Positions 1 through 14,939 of a stretch of 64,000 nt of DNA are shown one piece after another. The position numbers and the translations under genes were made by a program. Source of the stretch: Neoconidiobolus thromboides FSU 785 (Eukaryota; Fungi; Entomophthoromycota). Position 1 is the stretch's first letter. Every line of letters starts with the position of its first letter. The DNA lies in the NCBI GenBank assembly GCA_025603075.1, contig MU626300.1:1-64000 (forward strand), given 5' to 3'. Under the pieces are notes generated by a model that saw nothing but the letters and a program-made list of their open reading frames with translations, did not search any database and had not been told where the DNA came from.

Positions 1-371
1 CTGATATCTCAAACATTTAACAAAGCCACTAAGAAAACTTAGTAGTATTTTACGCAGATTTTACAGTAGTATTGTCTATTCTATTTGTTTTACATAGTCT
101 GTAGCCTATTAAACACTAATCTTCATAATCCAAGTCTATCTTAGTCATATAAATTAAGACCTTTCATCTTATAGTGTAGTCAATTAGGTAATAGCTGTTT
201 TTGACTCCAATCACCAAGTATCAGATTTTACACTGCTTGATTAAATTTACTATTATTAATAATAAGCTTTAATAATAAACAATTTTGTTTTATTCTAAAA
301 CTCTGTAAATTCTCGATCGTTATAGATAATTATTAAATCTGATATAAATGAACTATAGTGTTTATATAATA

Positions 372-471
372 TGAGGATGTATTTTTGTGTTTAACAATTT
401 TACCAACAAATTTTCCACTCAGATAGCGCTTAAAAAATTGAAAAATAATGAAACCAAAAAAAACAGCCCCA
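372..471 (+). mobile_element. ~100-bp MITE-like element, copy 1
   Basis: TA|TGAGGATGTATTTTTG...AAAAAAAACAGCCCCA|TA; imperfect terminal inverted repeats, TA on both flanks; matches 10 other copies in the window. Confidence 0.85.
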
Positions 472-1143
472 TATGTTTTTCCTTGTTACGTTAAAATTTG
501 AAAAAATTTGTTTTAAGTTTAATGATGAAAGCTTGTATTTTATTTTTATTTTAAAAAATAAAGTTAATTATATACTTATGTATTATATATCTATTAAATA
601 TTTAATAAAAATAATACAAAATATACAATCAAAAAAGTAGTTATTTAAAAAAAAATAAACCAAAATAAGTTTTAATTTTGACTTCTTTATTTAATTTTTA
701 AATTATAATTAATTAGCTGATTATTTTTGTAGTTTTCTTATAAGTATTTTATAATAAAATAAAAGTACTACTTTTTGGCTATAATAAATATAAACTAGAT
801 GTTTTGATTTACTTGAAAAATTAGGAAATAATAAATTTAAAAAATCTTTACTACAATTATTTAATTATGCTGGTTTTATGTAAATTTACTCGAATTATAA
901 TTATAGTTATAATTGTTTTATTATGATGTTTTCTAATTTTGAAAAAAAATTCAGTTAGTCAAAAATAAATCAAAATAACTATAGTAAGTTGGAAATGCTA
1001 AATTACAATTAAGCTCAACTTACAAATATTGCAACTCCATCGTAATCAAATTTGTAGTTGCTTTTAGAGCTAGTTAGTTATTTGTCTGTTTGTTTTCTTA
1101 AAGTATAACTTTCGGATTTTGGTCCGATTTTAAAAAAAGTATA

Positions 1144-1243
1144 CGAGGATGTATTTTTGTGTTTAAGAATTTTACTAACAATTTTTCCGCTTAAATAGCG
1201 CTTAAAAAATGGAAAAATAATGAAGTCAAAAAAAACACTCCCA
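1144..1243 (+). mobile_element. MITE-like element, copy 2
   Basis: TA|CGAGGATGTATTTTTG...AAAACACTCCCA|TA, 100 bp. Confidence 0.85.
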
Positions 1244-1303
1244 TATCCTTAAATAAACAGCCAACTAGGTTTTAATAGAGTTGTAGCAATTATAATTTAT
1301 ATA

Positions 1304-1402
1304 CAGGGATGTATTTTTGTATTTAAGAATTTTACTAACAATTTTTCCATGCAAATAGCGCTTAAAAGATGGAAAAGGCAATGAAGCCAAAAAAACATCC
1401 TG
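1304..1402 (+). mobile_element. MITE-like element, copy 3
   Basis: TA|CAGGGATGTATTTTTG...AAAAACATCCTG; about 60 bp downstream of copy 2. Confidence 0.85.
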
Positions 1403-1624
1403 ATTTTTTTTATTAATAATAATTAATTCTAAAAATTAAAACAAAATTAAAACAAAATCAAATTATATTTTTAATATTTTAATTCGAAGTTGAGAAAACT
1501 GATATGAAATAATAATGATAAAGCTATATGTATGAAAACATATATTGCCTTATAAATCTTATAATTTGCGGTTTTTATTTATATTAAAAATAAAACAAAA
1601 TAAAATAAAAACACTAAACCAAGG

Positions 1625-4172
1625 TTAAAGTAATCCAGACAACACCTTTTTGCATCCAAGGCATATAGTTAAAATGGTATTATTTGAGTTTATATGTATA
1701 CACATAGAAGTAGGCGAAGAGGGAGTAGTTAACGGATGATGACTGTTACTATTATTTGGCAAATTTACTACTGCATTATTTGGTAATTTAATCGATTGAA
1801 GAGGGAGAGAGGTAGTAGATTGATTAGGGTTTTCCAGTGTATTATTATTTTTTACAGCATTTGAATTATCATTATGAGTTCCGGTAATAAGATTTGCATT
1901 GTATGCTACTACCTTTGCATTTGTATTACAGTCTTTACAAATCATTTGATCGTTATTAAAGACTGGTTTTGTATCATTATAGACGATAGAACCTGTTAAA
2001 TTAGATCTACTTGTTTTCGTTGAACTAGCATCTGAGCCCTTCCTTTCTCTTCTAAGTGATCTTGTCAACTCCTTGCTTATCCTTCCTAATTTGTGAATTG
2101 ATAAATTGTCATCAAATAATATACTTCTGATTGAAGGAGTGTAAGGAGCTGGTAATGTGTTACGTCTAAATACTTTCAAATTACCCAAATAATCTGCACT
2201 GATTAATATATGGCCTTCATTGATATATGACTCTACCGATGGATTTTCCAAAGAACTGGATTGTGGATTAAGCAATGGATCGTCCATTTGTGCTAATAAT
2301 CTTTTGGTGATTTTAGGCGCCAACACTGCTGCAGTAACAATACTATTGTGTGCCTCAATTGCTTCATAAGAACAGTCAGCTTCTTTCTTTTTAAATAAAA
2401 ATCCTTTTTTAGCTAAGTGTGTATCAAGTTTATCTATAGGATTATTTAAATTAAATATAAAGGTTTGATTGTTTTCTGAGCCACATACAACATATTTAAG
2501 ATCATCACTACAATGATAAGGTATTAGCTTTAATGTTAATCATTAACTAAATATAAACTACCTAAAAGTTGCCTTAATTTGATTTGAATTATTTTCTGGC
2601 CCTTTTAATTTTTGGTCTAATGATAGATCATTTACATTATAAATTCGTATTCTTGAATCATTCGAAGTTATCATCACTTTACCCCCTTCTACGTTTGGGT
2701 CAGGGATAGCTTCTATACCTGTAATCTTTCTCGCAACTACAGTTCTAGTTTTTGCCCCTGATTTTACTGTTATTTGCGAATGTACTTTCAATCCTTCTGT
2801 TTTGTAAAATACGCATAGCCCATGATATGATCCTGCTATTGCAAGCTTTCCATCTACACTAAATCCTACAGCAGTTACAAGGTTTCCATCAGGTAATTCG
2901 GCCCAGCTTGATACTTTTTTTTCAGGAATATTCCACAATCGAATTCGACAATCTAAAGATCCAGATATAAAATATCGATCATTTTTAGGATGAAAAGCAA
3001 CTGATGTTACAAAATCCATGTGTTGGTATACGCAAAGACATTCTGCTCGATTGACATGCCAAAGTCTAATTTAGATATTAAAAATAAAACAAAAAGCTAG
3101 TTATCATTTCCTTTACCTTACTGTTTTGTCTGTTGAAGAAGATAAAAGAAACCCTGTCTTAGACCACGATAAATCTAATACATCACTTTGATGTCCAACA
3201 AATGTTCTAACTGGTGAAGAAGTAAAAATAGGGAAATTTTCAATAAACCCTAAACCTCTTGATTTCTTAGCATCATCAAGTTCTTCTTCAGTTTGGTTAT
3301 TTCTTAACCTTAAGCCCCAAATACGGATCACTCCATCTTGCCCACCAGCTGCTAAATATTCTCCATCTTTACTAAAACCAAATGCCCATATCGCTCCTGG
3401 TTTGATCTTTTTGTTATTAGCTTCTATTTTAATATTGTTATCTTCTGATTTAGTATTGTTATCAATGTTAGTAGATGAGGTGGAATCTTTTCCATTTTTC
3501 ATCAAAATCTGAGATAAAAACATCTTATCGAAATCTCTAGTAAATTTGTTTTTTACTTTTGACTATAAATAAAATAAATTCGTGATAGCTTTAGTATCTT
3601 TATAAAAAATTACTTTTACAAAATCCATTGTTTCTTTGGGGATATCTGAATTAGATATGCTTTGAAAATCAACAAAGGAATTTCTGTTTGTAGTTTCTAT
3701 TGCATTTTTTTGAGTGCTTGGGGATGATCTTAAACTTTCTGTGCTTTTTGCTTTTCGAATTTCCTTTGAGTTAGCTACTTGAATATCGTTAAAATCTTCA
3801 TTTGAGTTTTTCGCCTCTTCCTTTTCACTTTCTCCATCGTCTGAAACTTTGGTTGAGATTCTAATCCTTGGTGTTGGTTTTAATTTTATTGAATTTTCTG
3901 GAGATTTAGTTGTCCAGAAATGTACATTATTAAGCAAAGATTTAGCGCCAGAAGTTAAGGTACTATTATTTTTAATTAATGTTTAATTCAAAATTAATTT
4001 CTCTTACTTAAATGGCACTTTTAAAGAATTACTATTTTCGTTTTCGTTTTCATTACGGGAAGGAATCTCTTTGATTGCTTCATCAACTAAAGTCATCAAT
4101 TATAATAAATTTTGGTTTAAATGAACATAATTCTATACCTGGGGAAGTTGGAATATCATGATGCTCTGCCAT
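1625..4172 (-). CDS. WD40-repeat protein, WDR44/Rab11-binding protein family (yeast YMR102C/DGR2-like); multi-exon
   Basis: ORFs 1625-2326, 2558-3019, 3113-3523 and 3563-3937 join through GT-AG introns; WD repeats (GHQSDVLDLSWS, HMDFVTSVAFHPKNDRYFISGSLDCRIRLWNI, SNDSRIRIY); ATG at 4172 with two short 5' exons read by eye. Confidence 0.85.
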
Positions 4173-4722
4173 TATAAAAAATGAAAAGATTAAAAATGTA
4201 TCTTTAAAGCCTCTATTGCTAAATTGATTGGCTATTTAAACAGAACAGTCACTAAAATTTTAGTTTTAAAATCACTAATAATATTATATTTTATTAGAGA
4301 ATGGTAATAACAAGTACGTTTTTAATTTATTAAAATGCTCTATTTTAATTTTTTTTGTGATTTGACTCTATTTAAATTTCATGTTATAGTTTATAGTTTA
4401 TATGATAATGCGATTTCTTAATACATTACTTTTAAAAATCTTTTAGTTCAAATATTGTGTTATTTTTAATTTTTTTTATAACTTTTAGTATATAAGCATA
4501 TTTTTATATTTTTACTAACAATTAGATAACTTCAAAAGTAAGGTGCTTAGTCATTAATATGAGATAAATTTTATTCTTTACATTCCAAAATAACTAATAA
4601 TATTATGAACTGTAATAATATATTTACTACTAAATGATCTTGTTAAGCATTTTGAATTTAAAATTGTTTTTGTTCAAACTTAAATTTACTTTTTAAATAA
4701 AAATAAAATTATTATACAATAA

Positions 4723-5477
4723 ATGAACAGAGAAATAAAACCAAAGACTAAAAAATCAAGTTCAAAGTAGTCAATATAATTTTATAGTTACCTTTATATT
4801 AAAACATCATTATTTAGACCTGCCGAATTACCAGCCAATAAACCTGTTGGTAGGTTTAGACAAGTTATTGAAGTTACTTCAAAAGTAATATCAAAGGACT
4901 ACTATTACTATTGTATTTACTAATAAATCGATATAGAATTTAAGAGATCCAAGATTTGATAATTTGAGTGGGAAATTCAATGAAGATTTATTTAAAAAAT
5001 CATATAGTTTTGTGAATGAAATTAAGGCTAATGAAATGCAAGAACTAAAAACTAAAGTTTCAAAAACTAAAGACCCACTTTTAAAAGAAAAGTTTAGTAA
5101 ACAATTAAATGCGGAGGTATAGTAATTATATGTATATAATTCAACCATGACTTAAACTATTAAAGCTTTCGAAATTAGCAGCAGAAAAACAAAAAGAAGA
5201 TAGAACTATACTGAAAAGAAAAATTAGAAGTGAAGAAAAAGATATGGTCAAACAAGGAAAAACTCCATTTTACCTTAAGAAGAGTAACTATTATTATATA
5301 GGATATTTATGTAATTTAACCCTTTATATAGGTGCTATCCGTCAACTTGAGCTAACACAAAAATTTAACCAAATGAAAGATAAAAAGAACTTTGATAAAG
5401 TTATTGAAAAGAAACGCAAGAGAAATGCAACCAAAGACCACAAGAAACTTCCATTTAAACGTAGGCAGGAGGAATAA
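4723..5477 (+). CDS. RRP36: rRNA biogenesis protein RRP36; multi-exon
   Basis: Spliced translation has PAELPANKPVGRFRQV, RDPRFDNLSGKFNEDLFKKSYSFV, KQGKTPFYLKK and KKRKRNATKDHKKLP, characteristic of Rrp36. Confidence 0.88.
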
Positions 5478-5610
5478 CTTCATTGAATTAACTACCATGA
5501 TAATATATAATAAATAAAAACTGAAATAGATATAGAATAAATGACATAAAAATGAAACTATATATTTAAAAAGTATAGATAAAGTATTTAAGATCTATTT
5601 AGCTTTTTTC

Positions 5611-6044
5611 CTATTCTGACACTTCATATTTAAATCGATAGTGTAAATGCTTTATTGTTTCTTTTCTAACTGTACACCTATTGTACGCAATCTCTTAAAT
5701 GAGGTAGAAACAAATTTGAGTTCCTCATCAACTTCAAATATCATATCCGTACCACTGGTTTGATCGTACTCCCCTCTTAAAGTATTAGAGCCTATTTGTA
5801 TGAATGGATTCGGTCCTTCTAAACCCTTGAGTTATTTTAGTTTTTAGTTTTTATTTTTTATTTTTTATTTATTTACAAGGATGGAATAAGGATCTCCCGG
5901 CTTTATATCTCTCTCACAATCTTTAAGTTCAATATCTAATATTATATAAGTTTCCTATACTAATTCATAAAAACATCTTATAATATCATATATTAATTAA
6001 ACCTTTTCAATAATTTCATATTCTTCATCATTATCAATGTTCAT
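5611..6044 (-). CDS. TFIIIC subunit, triple-barrel domain (GTF3C6/Sfc7/Tfc7-like); 3 exons, absent from the ORF track
   Basis: Spliced: MNIDNDEEYEIIEK|ETYIILDIELKDCERDIKPGDPYSIL|GLEGPNPFIQIGSNTLRGEYDQTSGTDMIFE...; fits the GL-x-x-x-NP-x-x-QIG-x4-G-E-Y/W...GTD-x-IF pattern. Confidence 0.72.
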
Positions 6045-6382
6045 TTTAGCTTTTTGAATTAAATGCAGATTTAATTCAATAATACAATTTTTGGTTGTAA
6101 TTCTAAAATCAAGTTTTTATTTTTAACGAATAATAAATCACTTTTATTTTTGAACTTTTATTTCTAAATATAAAAAATATATCATTATATAACTCTTTAT
6201 GTAAAACTTTATTTAATAACACTTCAATAATTTATAATAATATAATTTACATCTTCTATAAATATCATATTTATGGAAGAATATAAAAATAGTTTATTAC
6301 TCTTCTTTAATTAATGAACTGAATAAAAACATAGGATTTAAAATAAACATCCTTATATAAAAATAATTTTTACTAAATATTA

Positions 6383-8505
6383 TTAATTTTGTCTACTTCC
6401 TGTTACCAGCCTAGCTAGGTCTTGTTTTGAGCATGCTTTTTTAAGAAAAGGATGCTAAAAAAGATATTAATACTAAATAACAAATAAAATAAAATAAATA
6501 CGTTTAAAAGCTCCTCAGCATTAGCTCTACTAACATTATCTACGCATAAACAAAGAGCCAAAAATTCTTTGAGTTCTTCACTAAGTAATTCAGGTCGCTT
6601 TAAAGAAGGTGTTCCATTTGTAGCTATTAAATACAAGGCTTTTAATGGTTCTTCATCAAGATATGGAGGTTCATTTTCAACCATTTCAATAGCCATAATC
6701 CCCAAGGACCAAATATCTACTTTAGTATCGTATTCTTTTTGTTTAACTACTTCTGGTGCCATCCAATAAGGCGTACCGACCATCGTTGCTCTTTTTCTTT
6801 GCCTATCACTTATTTTTGCACAGAAACCAAAATCAGCTAAAAATTGAATTAATATCAAATTAAAATAATACACCAAATTATTACTCAGTTTAACTTGACC
6901 ATCTTCTGCTAACAATACGTTATCACTTTTAATGTCACGATGTATTATATTACGATCATGTAGATGCTTAAGTCCTTTACATGACTATAAATTATTTTTT
7001 GTCACTATTATAATTCTATTTTTTTATTATCTATATACTTACCTCTAAGCAAATACTTGAGATTTGTTCTTCTGTTAATGTATTTGAGTCAATAATATCC
7101 GTTAACGCTCCTCCTTTCATATACTCCATTAACACCCAAAGATCATTACCAGAAAGGAAACTATCAACGTAATTTACAATATTTGGGTGCTTTGCTTCTT
7201 TCATTACTGATAATTCATTATAAATTAAATGTTTACGAGGTTGTTGCGAAAGATCGATTAATTTCATTGCTACATATGTTTTACTTTTAAGATTACAACC
7301 TACATAAACTGACCCAGAAGCTCTGATAACGGATTAGTTTTATTTTGTTAAATTTAAAAGTTTTATTTACTTACCCTTGTCCAATTTTTTGCAATTTTTC
7401 ATAGCTGTCTTTAATGTTCCCTGAGTTAACTAGCTCTTCTATTTTTTTAAATATATGTTAATATAAATATATACCGAGTTTAAAGAATACAAACTTAATG
7501 CTTGGTAAACTTGCATATCTGACATAACTTGATCTGCTTGTGGTTTAGGTTTAGTTGCTGGTTTGGAGGAATTTGCCGTTAATGCAGCTAATGCTGATTT
7601 TTTGGAGCCATCATTTTCTACTTTATTTTCATTTGTATCATCAAAGTTCTTTTTAAAATATTACTTTAATCATATCACCATAATAAAATAAACTTACAAT
7701 TCCTTCATCAAACAATACTGAAAGTTTCTGAGGGAGTTCAGGCAAGAATGATAAACGATCCACAGGCAACTTTGTTTTGTCTTTTTCTGACCCTCCTAAT
7801 TGAGCTTTGTTTTGTGGTATTAAACCAGCCCATTTATCCCCATAATCCACATCTATATTCTTGGTGCTTTGTCCAGTATAAAAGCCAAGTGCATCTATCA
7901 CAGCCTGTGGGTTTTGTTTATAGTCTTCTTTTGTAATATTTGATTTTTGAAGTATTTGAGCCCATCCAGGAGGTAATCCCTATTATAATCATTATTTCAT
8001 TCTTTTATATTATGTGACAAATTACAGTAAAAACTCCGCTAACTGGATCAAAGTCTACGTGAATTTCATGAACAAAATTGGTTGGGTTTGAAACTGCTGC
8101 TTGAGATGAACGCTAAATAATTCAATTATAAATAATGGTTCATTTAATATTGTTTTAATAAAACCTGATAAATTGCGTCCATCCATGAATAAAGCTCTTC
8201 GTCATCTTTACAACTTATGTAATATGTTTTATCTTTAGTAATAATTTCAAAACTATGGGTTCTTAATTGATTCCTTGAAACTTGCAATACTTCTTTAAGA
8301 AATACGAGTGATGAAGCTTGATAAGATGACTATTACAAAGTTAGTAAGTTCTTTTTATCCAAGTAAACATTACTTCATTGCGGTGAAAAGTTAATGTATG
8401 TTCTCTAAGTAAAGCCCACCTTCTTTGCCAACGCCATGACTTGAAACTATCTTCTTTTATAGATAAATAACCTTCTTTAACCACAAGATATGAGGGCGTC
8501 GTCAT
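6383..8505 (-). CDS. CLA4: PAK/STE20-family kinase with PH and CRIB domains (Cla4-type); multi-exon
   Basis: PH-like N-terminus ([32 protein letters not shown]), CRIB ([17 protein letters not shown]), kinase motifs [23 protein letters not shown]. Confidence 0.9.
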
Positions 8506-9748
8506 TGATTAAGTGTAAAAATGGGAACTGATCAACCTTGGCTTTATATTAATCAAAATCAATCAAATGAAGATTTATCAGTGTATTGGATGGCTTAAAA
8601 TTGTTGGAGAATTAAAATTTTATTTGATCAAATAAAATGAAGCTTTCTTATTAAAAAGGAAATGTGTCTGTGATTATGATGCAATAAAGCTTACTCATTT
8701 TAAGTTGATAGCAAATCATCTTACCTTTACAAAGTCCTACTTTGGAGTTAAAATAAAAGTTTATAAACAATAATCCAACTATACGATTATAATTAAGTTT
8801 TTGAGTTATAACAAATTATGGATATATTAGTTTTTAAGTTATATAATTAGTTTGATAATACAAGAGATATAAAGTGAGTATCTTTTTACTTCAAAACAAT
8901 TGATTTTTAAGCTATAAACACTTCAAAATAGGCTCACTTTTAAAAATTAAACTACCAGGTTGTAGCTAAATTTAAAGATTAATTTTTATTGCTACCACTA
9001 TATACATATTCAATTTCCAAGTAATATATTAGCTACTTTTATAGACTTTAGGTCATTTTTTAAATTATTATACAATACAGTACAATATAATATGGAATAT
9101 ACTTTTATGGTTTTAATTCCGATAGAATTTTGCTCTTTCTTTCAATATTATCAAAAATTTAATTTAATTAATTTAAACAAGAATTAAACTTGTCAAAGTA
9201 CTTTAGCATCAAAACTATTAGAAAGTGAAAGCTTAAAACATTAAGTTGCTACTAATTTTTATATCTTAATAAAAATCTTTATATTTAAGTTAAAACACAT
9301 AGGAAAAAAATACATATAAATAATAAAAACAATTAAAATACTTTCACATACATTTCAAACAATCTTTTATCCCAAGACAGCTTTTGTTACATGAAAGGAC
9401 TTTTGGTTATGAAAACAAGTGACTTTTGGAACAACTTTAATTAAGAAAGCAAAAAAAACTCAAAATAGTTAGTGCAAATTATAGCTTAGTAAATGTATTA
9501 AAGTTCCAAAGCAATAAAAAGCTAATTTGCTTAATAAGCTTATCAAAATCAAACATAGCTTTTAAAAAGACGATATAATAATATTTACCAAAACTATTCT
9601 CTAACTTTAATAGGCATCAACAGTATAGAAATAGACTATAGTCTCAACTCTAGAATACAAAAGTAAGCCGAGATTTTAAAATAACTTTATTAGTTTTTAA
9701 TCAAGTAGCGAAGATTACCTTTTTTATAGAAAAATAGTCTTTTTTAAA

Positions 9749-11348
9749 ATGCACAATGATACACCCAAAAAACTATTAGGTGAAACTATATTAACAGTTC
9801 AAGATAAAGTTGCAGTTTATTACGAGTATGATATACTTTATTTTATTTTATTTATTTGATAATCTATTTAGTGATGAAAAAAAACCAAGTATAGATTCTG
9901 TAACGCTTTATATTACCTCTCATCAAATTTATTTTAAAAAAGACAACAGTGAAATAAATTTTCATTTAAAAAACCAACATATAATTTCATTCCAAAATAT
10001 AGTAAGTATTATTTTAAAATATGAATATCAAAATTGAATGTTAGTTATAGACAGGAAATATATTTAAATCTCATAAGATAAAAATAATATATATTGAAGA
10101 AGTGAATGAAGTTGTTGAAAAATGGACTTGCGACTTTTGCTTGTTTAAAGAAAACGAGATCAAAAACAACATATGTATATCTTGCAATCTATCTAGAAGC
10201 TCAAGGACAGATTCAAAAACAAACTCAAAAACAGCCAAACAAAAAGATACAACAGGAATCGTTTGTCAAGGATGTACTTTTATAAATCATCCTTTAATGA
10301 AATTCTGTGAGATTTGTGAATTAAAACTTGATAATGATGAAAAGGAAAATGAAGATCATAATAAAAAGGATGAACCTATTGCCAAAGTCATAGTTTTTTC
10401 ATTTCGGGGTGGTGGTCAACCAATAGCCCTGTCTTCTCTTGAGTCGAGTTTAAATAAAAAAGCTTGGAAGGTAAAATTTAATAAATAATTGTATACTAAT
10501 ATTAAGATTTGAAGGCAAAATATGATGAAGGTTCCTTTATTAAAAATGAAGAATTAACATATCATGGGGGGATTTCATCAATAACTCAAAGAGCCGAAAA
10601 ATCAAAAATTACTACACAAGAGACTTTAACCCAGGCATTTTCAGATATAGATGCATTAATGGAAAGGGCTACTCATATGGCAAAACTTGCTGAGTATATC
10701 GTTAATAAGTTAAAAGCAAAAAATATAAGCGATAATTCAGAAGCAGAAATGGTCGAAAGCTATTTTCAAAAACTTGGGATTGAGTCTCCAATTTCAAAGT
10801 AAACAATTTATTTTCATTTTCAAATTTAATTTAATGTAGTTAAAAGGGATGTTGCTGGATCGTTATTTTATTTGGAAATAGCAAATGAAGTAGGGCAAGT
10901 TATTCTTCCAATAATTACTAACCCCCCTTATATTGGCGTTATGGATGTTATAGATGTCTATTGTATTTTTAATAAGGCGAGAGGAATAGGGAATTTAGTA
11001 TCACCTTCAGACTTAGTGGCGTCTTTTAATAAATTCGATGAAGCAAGGGTTCCATTAATATTTGATACCTTTTCTACGGGAGTAAAAGTGATTAAACATA
11101 AAGATTCAAATGATGATATTATAGTCGATAAAATTGTCAATATTTTAGATACAAAACAAAAGGAGTTGGACGAATATTTTGGTTTAGATTCCACAGCGAT
11201 AGCCAATAACTTAGGTGGAGGGATGAGTTTAGAAATTATTAATCATTATTTGAAACAAGCAGAAATACAAGGAAAATTATGTCGAGATTTAGTCCCACCT
11301 TTGAATATAATAACATATTATTTACCGTTTCCATTTTTCGAAGAATAA
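9749..11348 (+). CDS. VPS36: ESCRT-II subunit Vps36 (GLUE domain, two NZF zinc fingers, winged helices); multi-exon
   Basis: GETILTVQDKV...LYITSHQI; WTCDFC..CISC and CQGCTFINHPLMKFCEIC zinc fingers; TLTQAFSDIDALMERA; DVYCIFNKARG..LVSPSDL. Confidence 0.88.
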
Positions 11349-11390
11349 AAAGATGATTAAAAATACAAATTAGCTTTATTAAACAAATTA

Positions 11391-12062
11391 TTAATATCTT
11401 GAACGCACATTTTTCCATTGATACCTAAGATAAAATGTTAAGCAAAGAGATAAAGTACTTAAAACAAATATAAAATATCCTAAAACACCAGAAACAGTTG
11501 AAAAAGTACATATTGAGGGAAAGTCTATAGATTCTGGATGCTTCTCTTTCCAATCGTAAGAATAAGAAGAGCTTAATTTACATGCAACTAATCTCAAAGT
11601 TAAATATCCAGAGAATTTATCACTTTCATTGACACCAATTGGACCTGCGGGCGATCCAACTAATACTAAATTAGTTGCAACAAGAAACCCAACAATTAAG
11701 ATAAAGTCAATTGTAATATATGAAAATATTAGCCATTTTGGTAAATTGTATTGATGACCTTGTGCTAAAGTTTGGAACATTGCCAAAAAACAATATACAA
11801 CTGAAAAAACTCCAAGTACTAAATAAAAATAATGATGACCTTTAATAATGCCAATACTATAACCTGTTTCTATTAAAAATGTATCATTTTTACCAAAACA
11901 TTTCAAACAATAATATATGAAACCGCTTGCTATTGTACAAAAGAATAGTGAAAAGAATCGAAGGTAAAATCGAAGTTTGTCTAATCCTTCTAGTCTAGTT
12001 TCTATAACATTCTTTCCTGACTCTATGGCAGATACTGAAGGCAAATCATGAGGCAATAACAT
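11391..12062 (-). CDS. Four-TM membrane protein, MARVEL-like
   Basis: Intronless 223-aa ORF with four hydrophobic segments; LRFFSLFF in TM1, IDFIL in TM3, Cys before TM4. Confidence 0.6.
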   Translation of the reverse strand: MLLPHDLPSVSAIESGKNVIETRLEGLDKLRFYLRFFSLFFCTIASGFIYYCLKCFGKNDTFLIETGYSIGIIKGHHYFYLVLGVFSVVYCFLAMFQTLAQGHQYNLPKWLIFSYITIDFILIVGFLVATNLVLVGSPAGPIGVNESDKFSGYLTLRLVACKLSSSYSYDWKEKHPESIDFPSICTFSTVSGVLGYFIFVLSTLSLCLTFYLRYQWKNVRSRY

Positions 12063-12840
12063 TGATATACAATATTGGGTAAAGATAAATTAAAAAAATA
12101 AAATGAAAAATAGCAACGGAACTTATTTAGCCAATTAAAGCAATTGATAAAAATATTAATTAAGGTATTACTCATGATCGGACAAATTTTTATTCCAACA
12201 AAATTCCTTTTTTTTGTAAAACAAATTTGTAGTCACAAAGGATATCAATTAAATTAAAAAAGCAGTCTTGTATAGCTTTTGAAGCCCTGACGATTTAATA
12301 TTATATCAAAATAAGATATTGCTTACTAAAGAGGAACACTAATCAGTATTAAGGTCCAGAGTTGATATTATGGTTGGGTTAGGATCATGAGTTTTTATTT
12401 TGTTATAAAAATTGCCTAACTATAAACAATACCCTGACCAAATTTAAGTAGCTCAAACTTTAATTAAAATTCTAAATCATTATTAAATCATTGAATTTGT
12501 ATATTTATAAATATATTGTAAATATAATTTTATGTTAAAATAAAAAGTAAAGTATTAATGAAAATCATAACCATGGTAGTATTTGTTTCCTATTTATTTT
12601 ATTTATATTTTATATTTTTTTATTTGCTTTGTAAAATATATCTTTATAAAAAATTTTAAGTTTAATTTATCATTTTTTATAACTTATGAAAATATAAATT
12701 AATATTTGAATTCCAAAATTTATATTTTTATATTTTCTTTAATTTTGAAATCATAAGCTTTTAGCGTTTTATAATTTTATAATTTTGAAAGCTCCATTTA
12801 TTATATTGAAATCATTATAGTTAAGATAAAAAATAAAAAA

Positions 12841-12882
12841 TAAATAAATAAATAATAAATAATAAATAATAAATAATAAATA
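12841..12882. repeat. (AAATAAT)n simple repeat
   Basis: Direct reading, intergenic. Confidence 0.7.
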
Positions 12883-13242
12883 AAAAATAGATAAAAAGTA
12901 AAAAGTAAAAAATATTAGCATTTTATAACACATTAAAAAAAGATTATACTTAATATGCTTTTTAAAAAAGTCAGTGATTAAGTATTTAATGGAAATAATA
13001 GAGTATCTCCCTATTCAAACATATTAACATCTAAATTTACAAAATTTTAATATTTCAAAAATACAGTACTAGTTGAGGTGATTTTATTTATTTACATTCA
13101 AACATTATTATATATCACAAATGTTTGTAAAACTAAATTGATATTTATATCAGTTATTGTTCTGCATTATTATTTATAATATTTTTTTAATGTTATTTAA
13201 AATTAATCAAATAAAATTTACTAAATCCTCTTTTAAAATCCT

Positions 13243-13563
13243 AGCCAATAAAATAACTACAAGATGTTAAACATTTTGAACAAATCTAGGACAGTAAACT
13301 TACTTTTTTTGGTCTTAAATACAACCTATCAATCTAAATTTCATGGTTTGAGTTCTTTCTTTAGCTAATCAGATGCTCTAGTCCTTATTTTTGTCGAATA
13401 TTATTGGCTTTTAGGGTAAAAAGCATAAAATCTATGAATTAATCCGATAACTCTACGTAATCAAAAGATAATGGTAATAGTATATGATAGAAATAATTTG
13501 ATAAGCTATCAAATTGTTTATCATGTTGAAATAATATATACGAATGTTCGAGAATGATTGGCT
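13243..13563. promoter_or_regulatory. Three CCAAT boxes upstream of GAPDH
   Basis: AGCCAAT at 13243, ATTGGCT at 13403 and 13557; TATATAAA about 50 bp before the ATG. Confidence 0.5.
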
Positions 13564-13641
13564 CATCCCATGTTACGACAATCTTCCCTAATAATAAATG
13601 TATATAAACAACAATTTTTATTATCTTTAAAGTAATCTTAA

Positions 13642-14658
<1,017 letters not shown>

Positions 14659-14841
14659 ATATTTAATTCTTTGAAATAATATATTGCTTTTAAACTAATT
14701 TAGGTAACTTGCTTTTTAATTTTTTAATTTTTTAAATATAAATATAGTAAGTGTTATTCTTTACAATATCAAATTATATTATAAATATTATTATTCATCA
14801 ATTGATTTATTTAATAATTATGAATGGGGTCTGTCAGTATA

Positions 14842-14939
14842 TGGGGATGTATTTTTGTTTAAGAGTTTTGCTAACAATTTTTCCGCTCAGATAGCGCTTA
14901 AGAGATGGAAAAAGTAATGAAGCCAAAAAACCATCCTTG
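14842..14939 (+). mobile_element. MITE-like element, copy 4
   Basis: TA|TGGGGATGTATTTTTG...AAACCATCCTTG|TA; about 185 bp after the GAPDH stop. Confidence 0.85.

Noticed and set aside
1-360. Possible retroelement relic at the window start
   Set aside because: No RT, RNase H or integrase motif is recognisable in any frame.
4891-5148. Minus-strand 85-aa ORF
   Set aside because: Antisense to an RRP36 exon. The same applies to the shadow ORFs inside the PAK, VPS36, TF, WD40, CHS, RNase and RPC2 genes.
6325-6360. AAATAAACATCCTTATA resembling a MITE end
   Set aside because: No internal body or partner terminus. Too short to call.
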